NCBI GenBank assembly: GCA_963799775.1
Contig: CAWCYD010000003.1
Coordinates: forward strand, 1,632,001 to 1,696,000
Source: an uncultured archaeon
Lineage (GTDB): Archaea > Thermoproteota > Nitrososphaeria > Nitrososphaerales > Gagatemarchaeaceae
Direction: 5' to 3'
Length of the DNA stretch: 64,000 nt
Both the position numbers and the translations under genes were made by a program. Below are positions 31,191 to 38,793 of this stretch, in pieces. How positions within the stretch are numbered: position 1 is the stretch's first letter; the number at the start of each line of letters is the position of its first letter. Below the pieces are notes generated by a model. The model did no database searches. It was not told the origin of the DNA and worked only from the letters and a program-made list of their open reading frames with translations.

Positions 31191-31504
31191 GAATCAAGAC
31201 ATTCAACGATTCTGTCTATGCGATGACCTCCCTCATCCCGATGGGGAAGGTCACAACCTATGGGGCGATCGCCAAGGCGATCGGCTCGCCGCACGCTGCG
31301 AGGGCCGTGGGAAACGCGCTGGGAGCGAACAGCAATCCCATAGTCGTGCCTTGCCACCGCGTCGTCAGGGGCGATGGCGGGCTGGGGGGCTACTCGGGCG
31401 GCGAAGGGCCGGTGACCAAGGCGAAGCTGCTCGCGCGCGAGGGTGTGAAGGTCTCAGGCGGAAAGGTCAGCCTGGGCATGTACCTATTCACAGACTTCCG
31501 CTAG
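31187..31504 (+). CDS. ogt: O6-methylguanine-DNA methyltransferase (MGMT) domain protein
   Basis: 'GKVTTYG','ARAVG','VPCHRVV' active site. Confidence 0.9.
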   Translation: MRIKTFNDSVYAMTSLIPMGKVTTYGAIAKAIGSPHAARAVGNALGANSNPIVVPCHRVVRGDGGLGGYSGGEGPVTKAKLLAREGVKVSGGKVSLGMYLFTDFR

Positions 31505-31510
31505 AGCTCT

Positions 31511-32416
31511 TCAGCTGACGAGCGACTCGGCGAACGACTTGGCGTCGAACCGCTTCAGGTCGTCGTAGCCCTGTCCCACGCCAAGGAATAGTATGGGCCT
31601 CTTCGTGGTGAAGGCTATCGACAGGGCCGCCCCCCCTTTCGCGTCCGCGTCCACCTTTGTGAGGATCGCGCCATCGAAGCCCGTGTACTTGCTGAAGAGC
31701 TCCGCCTGTGAGACCGCGTCGTTTCCTGCCAGGGAGTCACCGATGAAGATCTTCAGGTCGGGGTTCACGACGCGGACGATCTTTGACATCTCCTCCATGA
31801 GGTTCTGATTGGTCTGCATCCTCCCGGCAGAGTCGATGATGACCACGTCGACGTGGTGGGACTTTGCATAGAGGACGCCGTCGCGGGCCACGGCTGCAGG
31901 GTCGGCTCCGTATCTCTGAGCGACGACCTTCGCCGAGATGCGTTCGGCGTGCTCGGACAGCTGCTCTATGGCTCCGGCGCGGTGGGTGTCGCCGGCGGCT
32001 ATCACGACTGAAAACCCGTTCTTTTTCAGGTAGTTTGCAAACTTGGCCACCGTCGTGGTCTTTCCCGTCCCGTTTATCCCCAAAAAGAGTATCTTGAACG
32101 GCTCGCCCTTCTCCTTGCTCTGCCTCACCCTCTGCAGCACGTCGATGTCCCCCACTTGGGAGAATATCGAGAGCACCTCTCCACGGAGCTTCTCCTTCAC
32201 CATGTCCTGGATGTCTTTGGACCGCTCCATCGAGACCCCCAGGAGCTGCTTCTTCAGGTCTGCCGTGACCTTCTCAACGACGTTTTGGGCGACGTCGCTC
32301 TCCATCAGCGCGAGCTGGAAGTTGAAGAGGGAGTCGTCGAGGTCATTATCAGAGAGCTTCTTCTCCGAGACGGCTTTCGCGAGTGAGGAGAAAGCCCCCT
32401 TTAGCTTCTCAAACAT
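31511..32416 (-). CDS. ftsY: SRP receptor FtsY
   Basis: GINGTGKTT, DTHRAGA, DSAGR, TKVD. Confidence 0.96.
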   Translation of the reverse strand: MFEKLKGAFSSLAKAVSEKKLSDNDLDDSLFNFQLALMESDVAQNVVEKVTADLKKQLLGVSMERSKDIQDMVKEKLRGEVLSIFSQVGDIDVLQRVRQSKEKGEPFKILFLGINGTGKTTTVAKFANYLKKNGFSVVIAAGDTHRAGAIEQLSEHAERISAKVVAQRYGADPAAVARDGVLYAKSHHVDVVIIDSAGRMQTNQNLMEEMSKIVRVVNPDLKIFIGDSLAGNDAVSQAELFSKYTGFDGAILTKVDADAKGGAALSIAFTTKRPILFLGVGQGYDDLKRFDAKSFAESLVS

Positions 32417-32864
32417 TACTTTGGCTGACCTGGCTGCGCTGCCTGGTGCTCCTGCCTGTCGATGAAAGCCTGCAGGGCCCTGCGGTCCGACTCCAGCCTC
32501 TGCGCGATCTGGTTCCTCTGCGAGAGGATGGTGATGATGTTCTCCTCGAGCTCCTTCGACCTGGTCTCCAGGCACCTTCTCCGCCTCCTCCCTCGTCTTC
32601 TCGATGACGACGTTCGCGCCGACACCCATCAGGACCTTGTCCGACTTGGGCGGCGAGGCGCGGAGCAGGACGCCGGCTCCGACCGGGACCAGGAACCTCG
32701 TCGGTGGAAGCGGAGCCGATGTCCTTGATTGTCTCTAGCGAGGCGCGGCTCTCGATGAGCATCCGCTCGAGGAGGCCCTGCCTGTTGGTCAATTCGTTGT
32801 AAGTTGATTCTAACATCCTTGACTCCATGAGGAGCCTATTCATCCTCTCTTCTTCGGAACTCAA
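32416..32864 (-). CDS. pfdA: Prefoldin subunit alpha (frameshifts)
   Basis: Coiled coils flanking 'VPVGAG..L...KVL.GVGANVVIEK'; synteny with eIF6/ftsY. Confidence 0.88.
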
Positions 32865-32910
32865 GTTCGGAAGGAACGAACCCCTCGGGGCTTTTTAAGG
32901 TGAGTGCGGC

Positions 32911-33577
32911 TCAGACCTTCAGGGCGCGGGTAAGGAAGACCAGCTCAGGTCCATGTCGTGAGATAGCCGGCCACCGCGTTCCTCGTGTTCGCGACGACCC
33001 CTGAAGCCGGGAAGGGTATCCCGCCGTTGACGGAGGAGGCGGAGACCTCGACGCCGAGCACCTTGCCGATCTCCTCCGCCTCTTGCTCGGTGCCGCGCGG
33101 CGAGACGGCCGCTCCGCTGTCGGTGGCGACCGTCATGGCGCCCACCTGCGCGAAGTCTCCGATCGTCATGACGCGGGCCTTGATTCCGAGAGCGGCCTCG
33201 ACCTGCGCGACGGCGTGCTGCTCGAGCACAGGAGAGACCACAGCTCCGTTGTCGTTTGCGGCCACCAGGTTCCCGATGGCGGTGAACCTCGACTCGAGCC
33301 GTGATACTTTGAGGCCCGTCTTGGACGAGATCTCCTCCATCTCAAAGTCCTCAGCCATGCGGGAGACGATGACACCCTTGTTGTTCATGGCGACCAGGGG
33401 CCCGAGCAGCCGGGTGCCGCCTATCGAGGTCGGGCAGGGCAACACCTCGAGGTCTGCCGCGATCTTCTCGACTTTGGTGCCGGCGACGCCCTTGGGGACC
33501 AGGACGGCGGTGTCGTTTGCCTTTAGGAAGATCCCGATGTTCGGACTTCGGTAAAGGTCTACGAGGTTTAGACCCAT
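32911..33577 (-). CDS. eif6: Translation initiation factor 6 (3' frameshift)
   Basis: 'SPNIGIF..AND','TAIGNLVAANDNGA','SVNGG...SG.VAN'. Confidence 0.94.
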
Positions 33578-33862
33578 TTAGGATGACGCTTCGGTGGGTG
33601 GCAGCCGGACCGAGACCACACCGTCCTCATCCCTCTCCATCTCGAGCTTGATGCGGCGAGGTGGATTTGTAATACCACGGGCCCACAGGAGCAGGTTGAC
33701 ATCCTCGTCTATCTTGACCTCGGTGGCCTTCATGTGGCGTGTGGTGAATTCGCGGATTATCCTGATTGCGACCTTGGTCCGCCTATACTTGGGCGCCTCG
33801 AAGGCCCGCCTCAGAGGGACCATGTGCACCCTCGTCAGTGGCTCGATGTTTGTTGAGGACAT
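33578..33862 (-). CDS. rpl31e: 50S ribosomal protein L31e
   Basis: 'PKYRRTKVA','RHMK','WARGI.NPPRRI'. Confidence 0.95.
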   Translation of the reverse strand: MSSTNIEPLTRVHMVPLRRAFEAPKYRRTKVAIRIIREFTTRHMKATEVKIDEDVNLLLWARGITNPPRRIKLEMERDEDGVVSVRLPPTEASS

Positions 33863-33896
33863 ACTGGCTCTATCTCCCTATTTCTCGGCGCTATCT

Positions 33897-34055
33897 CTAC
33901 TTGAACCCGAGCTTCGTCCTTCTCCAGGTCCTGTGGTTCTTGTTCGCCCTTACCTTCCTGTTGGTCCTGGCGATGACCCAGGTGGGGATGGAATAGTTCT
34001 CCTTCCTCGCCTTCATCAGGCGGTTCTTCTTCGACGCGTCTTTGTTTCTTCCCAA
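33897..34055 (-). CDS. rpl39e: 50S ribosomal protein L39e
   Basis: Manual: MGRNKDASKKNRLMKARKENYSIPTWVIARTNRKVRANKNHRTWRRTKLGFK*. Confidence 0.93.
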   Translation of the reverse strand: MGRNKDASKKNRLMKARKENYSIPTWVIARTNRKVRANKNHRTWRRTKLGFK

Positions 34056-34061
34056 GTCTCT

Positions 34062-34358
34062 CTATATCCTCCTGATCTTGAACTCTCTCTTCGCCGTCCC
34101 CTGGATGCTCGACAGGAGCTCCTTGAGCTGCTCGTCGTCGATCGTCCTCTTGAGCCTCCCCGATGAGGCGAGCTGGATGATGTACTCCTCAATCGCGTTT
34201 GCTACGTCGGGCTTGACCATCCTTACGTTGGTGAGGCGCTGCCTGGCCTCGGAGGTAAGTGCTATCCTCATCACGTTCTCGCGCATGGCACGCTGCTTGG
34301 AGGCGTCTTCCTGCGCCCCGGCTCTTGCCTGAACGTCCCTGTGCTGCTCGTCCATCAT
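34062..34358 (-). CDS. PDCD5-like DNA-binding protein
   Basis: 'LTSEARQRLTNVRMVKP...IEEYIIQLA..G...IDDEQLK'. Confidence 0.92.
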   Translation of the reverse strand: MMDEQHRDVQARAGAQEDASKQRAMRENVMRIALTSEARQRLTNVRMVKPDVANAIEEYIIQLASSGRLKRTIDDEQLKELLSSIQGTAKREFKIRRI

Positions 34359-34362
34359 AGAA

Positions 34363-34818
34363 TCAACTATACCTTTCCAGTGCGGGGTTCTGCTTCACGA
34401 GTTCCTTAAAAATATCTTTGCTGACCTTGTCCAGAAGAGCCACGCCCTTGGGGGTGAGCACCCTCCCGGCGTTACCCTGCTTTGCGACGAGCTCCGCCTT
34501 CTCCAGCCCCTTCAGGATGTTCCTGATCGCCGAGCTTCCCGAGTCCCTGTGGTGCTTGGGGAAGTAGCCTAGCTGCTTGCTGCCCCCGTATGCAATCTCG
34601 AGTCTCTCGATGCCCACAGGCCCGCGCATGTACACCTTCCTCATGAGGGAGGCGGCCCTCACATACCACCAGTCCTGCCTCTGCGGCGGTCTATCGGCGT
34701 GGGAGCCTGTCTTCACGAAGGACGCCCAGGTGGGAGGCTCGATCTCCGGCACCCGCTTGAGATGCTCGGCGAGCGTTTCAATCAACTTGTCCGCTGGGAC
34801 GTCGTGTACTTTGACCAT
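34363..34818 (-). CDS. rps19e: 30S ribosomal protein S19e
   Basis: 'PTWASFVKTG','DWWYVRAAS','GRVLTPKG'. Confidence 0.97.
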   Translation of the reverse strand: MVKVHDVPADKLIETLAEHLKRVPEIEPPTWASFVKTGSHADRPPQRQDWWYVRAASLMRKVYMRGPVGIERLEIAYGGSKQLGYFPKHHRDSGSSAIRNILKGLEKAELVAKQGNAGRVLTPKGVALLDKVSKDIFKELVKQNPALERYS

Positions 34819-34870
34819 TCGTGCTCTCTTCTCCGGATTTGCAATTTGTCCAGCCCTCCCCCTTCAATAT

Positions 34871-35176
34871 TTAAGGCTGACCCAGCGATTTTCGGTTGAC
34901 GCGGCCGCAATTCGCGCAAGTCGTCAGGAGGAACCCCTTGACGACCCGGACCCTGGCGTTGACCCCGGGGACGATGAGCTCCTTGCACCCGTGGCAGTAG
35001 AACTTCTTGAGGTTCCAGCCGAACCTGACGTTGTACTTCAGCATGAGGTCCCTAGCGAGGGAGGCCTGCTGCTTGGCGAGGGGAAGGTCGTCCTTGGCCG
35101 TCGAGGTCGAGAGCTGGATCAGCGCCCTGGCGGCGGTCGCGGCCTGCATCTTGGCTTCACCCTTCTTCTTCCTCAA
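34871..35176 (-). CDS. rnp4: RNase P protein component 4 (Rpp21)
   Basis: 'YCHGC..LIVPGVNARVRV','TCANCG..NR'. Confidence 0.88.
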   Translation of the reverse strand: MRKKKGEAKMQAATAARALIQLSTSTAKDDLPLAKQQASLARDLMLKYNVRFGWNLKKFYCHGCKELIVPGVNARVRVVKGFLLTTCANCGRVNRKSLGQP

Positions 35177-35250
35177 CGGCGGGATGGTCTCACTCGTCGC
35201 TCGCGCAACTGATTTATCGCGAGCCGAAAAGTCTTGCCTGACTTGTCTTC

Positions 35251-35917
35251 ATGCTCCACTTTGTGATTGGGGAAGCGGCGCTCGAGCTGATTCCGGAGGA
35301 GCTCTGGCGGGGCACCCTCGGTCAAGAGCGACGCGGCCCGGCGCGACCTCAGGCCCGGGGACATCCTACTTGACAGGAGCACCCACCACTCCGCAATGCT
35401 CAAGCTTCAAGACGGGTATCGACGGGGAAGGCCAGACCTCGTCCACCTGACTCTGCTCAGCGTGACTAGCACACCCCTTCACCAGGAAGGCAAGGCCCGG
35501 GTCTACATCCAGACGATCGACGGGAATTCTCTTGAGTTCGGCGAAGGGGCGCGCCCACCCAAGAGCTACGCGAGGTTTAGGAATCTCATGGAGAAGTTGC
35601 TTGCAGAGAAGCCTGAAGAGGGCCTCGTGAGGGTGAGCGAAGAGACACTCCCGGAGCTCCTGAGAAGGATAGGGACAGACGACGCCGTGGGACTGTCAGT
35701 TCAAGGTGCCTCCATGCCTCTCGAGTCTCTCGCAGGCGACCTTGTGCAAAGAAAGAACCCTGCTGTCGTGGTGGGAGGGTTCCCAAGGGGGCATTTTCTC
35801 ACGGGCGACCTGAAGGCCTTCGACAGGCTGGTGAGGATCGACCAGCGGGCGCTCGACGCGCATGTCGTGGCGGCACGGGTGGTCTACGAATTCGAGAAGG
35901 CTCTCCGCTCGAAGTGA
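35251..35917 (+). CDS. nep1: 16S rRNA pseudouridine N1-methyltransferase Nep1 (frameshift ~35310)
   Basis: 'EAALELIP','LLDRS.HHSAM','RRGRPDLVH','VGGFPRG.F'. Confidence 0.92.
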
Positions 35918-35922
35918 TTACT

Positions 35923-35928
35923 AAAAAA
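35923..35928 (-). terminator. T6 terminator candidate for the tnpB/omega-RNA transcript
   Basis: AAAAAA on + strand = TTTTTT on - strand, ~60 nt past the putative guide. Confidence 0.45.
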
Positions 35929-35954
35929 GGGGGATATTCGGGGTCAGTGCTCGC

Positions 35955-36006
35955 GCGGTCGTCACGCTAAATCCCCTTGGAGGGGAGACGGTCTAGGACT
36001 TCAGCC
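35955..36006 (+). pseudogene. Degenerate intron-less 5' half of tRNA-Gly (its antisense is the putative TnpB guide)
   Basis: GCGGTCGTC (35955-35963) = tRNA nt 1-9; GGTCTAGGACTTCAGCC (35990-36006) = spliced D-loop to C32; 26-nt hairpin-containing segment between. Confidence 0.75.
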
Positions 36007-38508
36007 GTTTCTAAGACACGTGCCGCCACTGTCTCATTCGTTGCATTAGCACCATGTTCAGTCCGACCTGCTCCACTGACGTCAGGCTTGTCAGAGGAAT
36101 ACAGGTATTCATTCCTCAAATGGTGCCAAGAGGCATCCGCACTCACGGCAAACGGATGGCCGCAAAGGCGCAGTCCACGGCAGAGGATTGCCAGAGAAGC
36201 AAGCCTGTCTCTGTCGTAGTCTACACCGCATTTGACGCACCTGCTCACAGCCCAAGTTGGGTGCTCTAATTTGCCACCGCAGACGGGACATTCGGATGAA
36301 GTCCCTCTTGGGTTCACGTAAAGGGTGCGATTTTGAGATTTGTAATCAATCATAGATTGGTAGAGTCGGTATGGCCACCGATTGAGATAGGTCCTCAACC
36401 GCTTGCCCTTCGGTTCTTCGTCGCTCCTTATCCCTTTGAGATTCTCGAAAATGAAAGACGCGCCGGAATAGGTTCTGACCATCTTGGTTGATAGCTTGTG
36501 AAGTGTATCTTTGATTCTCCCATGTCGTCGTGTTCTGCATATTTATGCTGGACGGAAGGGCATTCTCCCATTCGCTCTCTTTGGAGCATTGTGGCTTTCG
36601 CGGTAGCCTGTGGCCCAACCTGTTCCACGCGCTCTGAGGCGCAAGAACCTAACGGGCTCTAGCTCTTTTTGCTCAGCCGTCCAGCCTGAAGGTCTGTTCC
36701 TCCTTCAGCATGATGTACATGGCCCGCATGAGCTTCCTCGCTGCGGCCACGATCGCCACCTTCTCGCCCCTCCTCTTCGCGAGCTCCACGTAGAATTTCG
36801 TTATCGAGGAGTCGCACCACCTCACGTGGACGCGCGTGCACTGGACCATTATCCAGTTCAGCATCACGCTCCTCGTCCTGTTGGGTGTCGAGTGGCTCTT
36901 GTCCGCCGACTGTCTCAACCCTGGCACGAGGCCTGCGTACGAGCAGAGGTGCTCGTGGTCGGCGAATCTGTTCACGTCTGCGATCTCGCTCGATATCAGG
37001 AGGGCCGAGTAGTGGGAGACGCCGGGTATCGTGACGAGGAGCTTCGCATACTTGTCCTGCAGGGCGACCCCCTTCACCTTCAGGTCGAGCTCCCCGATCT
37101 TCCCGTCCAGGAACTCGATGGTGTCCATGTAGTCGTCCACCGCGTCGATGTGGAGGGACCATCAGGAACTTCCTCCCTTCCCGCGTGAAGACGTCGCCCT
37201 CGTGCTTCACCCATCGCTTCGCGAGCTCCGCCTTCACCTTGCTCTTGAACCCGGTGCGCGTCTCGACGAGGTGATGCCTCCTCCTGACGAGGTCCCTGAC
37301 CTCCCTGGTCTTCTCGTCCGGCACGTAGGACTCGGGTATCATGTCCGCCCTCAGCAGGTCCACCAGCGTCCTCGCGTCGACCTTGTCCGTCTTCACCTTT
37401 GCGTAGGCGATGGCCTTCACCATCAGCGGATGCGCGACCTTCACGTCGTATCCCTTCTCCTTCAGCACGTCGCGGATGTGCTGATGGTTGTACCCGGACT
37501 CCATGACGACGCTCGCATTTGTGCCGTCGAGGAATTCCAGTATCTTTTCTTCGTCCTTCGCCACCTTCGACTCCCTCATCACCTTTCCAGCGTCGTCCTT
37601 GAGGACGCACTGTATCGATTTCTCGTGCAGGTCTAGCGCGGCATACATGCTAGTGGCTGTGGCTTTCCTTCGCCTTATCTTCTGCGAGCATCCCACCTGT
37701 TCATTTGTCTACCTCTCGTCTGCCTAAGCTTCTTCTCCCTCTTTTGCCGGTTGTTGACATGAAGCTGAATCGCCCTTCTCCTTCTTGAGAAGTCGTTCTG
37801 GATTCGGACAATGGTCGCAATTGTCTTTGTGTTGACCTGTTCTAGCTTCGTCCCGTCAGTTTCCAACCGCGCCACAGTCGAGTCTACTGTTGCGAAATTC
37901 AAGTCTGAAGCAACTAACTCTAGCCCGAGAGCCTTGTTCGCGATGCCAACCGCAAAAGTCAGACAGACTTTGCGATCGGTAATTAGAAGTTCAGCAGGTC
38001 GGCCTGATGAATATCCCAAGAAGTGCTTGTTCTTGGTGTTCATTGCAATCCAAGTGTACTTCTTAGGTTGAAGAGTCACTCTGACTCGGCTATCGACAAC
38101 CTTCATCAGTTCTCCATCAATTCTCATTGCAAGCTTCTTCACTTCAGGGATTCTTACTTCCCCGTGGTTGTTCTTTCTATGTGACCTTAGTATTGCCACT
38201 GCAGCTCTGCAAACTGGGTTGATGTGGTGCCTCGCATAGTCATACTTTGTGTAGAACCAGCCCTTTATCTCCCTCCTTAACTGAATAGGCGACGGCATTC
38301 TGCCTTCTCGAATCGCGTATCTAGATGCCTCGACTAGCGAGTACTTGATTGCCTCCTGCATATCTCTGAGATAGGCGAGCAGAAGATCGTCGGGTTCGTA
38401 ATACCAGGAGATTGTTCTCTTTTCTCCGCTAGATTTCCAGGGGTGTATTTGTATTAACCTCCGTCGATGCTTTCTAACAGGCTCAGGCCCTATAAGCACC
38501 CATTTCAT
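35967..38508 (-). CDS. tnpB: TnpB (IS200/IS605, Cas12f-like RNA-guided nuclease) interrupted by IS110 at 36517/37698
   Basis: RuvC-I 'VASDLNF', RuvC-II 'FIFENLKGIR', 'VNPRGTSSECPVCG...CVKCG', RuvC-III 'DRDRLASLAI'; halves rejoin in frame as RQMNR-IKDTLHKLS after removing the IS. Confidence 0.92.
35990..36170 (-). ncRNA. Putative omega RNA (reRNA) of TnpB with 3' guide
   Basis: Overlaps tnpB 3' end; terminal hairpin GAGACA-GTG-GCGG-CAC-G-TGTCTT then AGAAAC, then guide GGCTGAAGTCCTAGACC; 5' boundary is a guess. Confidence 0.6.
36545..36665 (-). ncRNA. Putative bridge/seek RNA of the IS110 element
   Basis: Two parallel internal loops: GGTT-CT-T-GCGC-CTCAGA-GCGC-G-TGGAACAG (matches target) and CCAC-AA-T-GCTC-CAAAGA-GAGC-G-AATGGGAG (matches donor junction). 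Confidence 0.8.
36673..37648 (-). CDS. IS110-family DEDD recombinase (frameshift ~37160)
   Basis: 'ALDLHEK','VVMESG','KTDKVDA' DEDD RuvC; 'TIPGV','SYAGLVP..RQSA' Tnp domain with catalytic Ser; 'VAAARKL'. Confidence 0.93.
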
Positions 38509-38591
38509 GCCATGGGTTACTTTCGTGGCATTGTGGAGGATTGTTACCCGCCCAAACCCTCAATATCCCGAATAATTCCCCCTCTCATCGT

Positions 38592-38687
38592 GCGGTCGTC
38601 GTCCAGTCTGGTCTAACGTCTATAGACGTGCCAAAAGGACTTCAGCCCTCCAAGCTGGCAACCAGGGTTCAAATCCCTGCGACCGCA
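38592..38687 (+). tRNA. tRNA-Gly(TCC) with 21-nt D-loop intron (38615-38635)
   Basis: Acceptor GCGGTCG/CGACCGC, D-stem GTCC/GGAC, anticodon arm TCAGC-CCTCCAA-GCTGG, T-arm CAGGG-TTCAAAT-CCCTG; BHB: TGGT/GCCA helix with CTA and AAA bulges. Confidence 0.88.
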
Positions 38688-38793
38688 CACTTACGATTAG
38701 AACCCTTGGCGTCCAAATCGCTCGAAGCGGTAAGAAGACGATTTGCTGTTGCGAGTCTCTAAAATAGCCCCTGTGCCCTAATGAAATTGGGCC

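Larger units (their letters stand above)
36519..37698 (-). mobile_element. IS110-family (IS1111-like, 3' non-coding end) element, ~1180 bp
   Basis: Flanked by repeated 2-bp core CT (36517-36518, 37697-37698); no TSD; removal restores tnpB frame. Confidence 0.92.

Noticed and set aside
35955-36006. Trans-spliced split tRNA-Gly 5' half
   Set aside because: The D-stem 5' strand is missing, no BHB restores it, and no complementary leader to a separate 3' half was seen; not fully excluded
36007-36060. CRISPR array next to the Cas12f-like TnpB (GAAAC and AATGCAAC repeat-like ends)
   Set aside because: No repeated unit found and no cas1/cas2 in the window
36519-37696. Clear sub-terminal inverted repeats of IS1111 type
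   Set aside because: Only a weak ATG(C)TCG-like match; subgroup assignment rests on the 3' non-coding region
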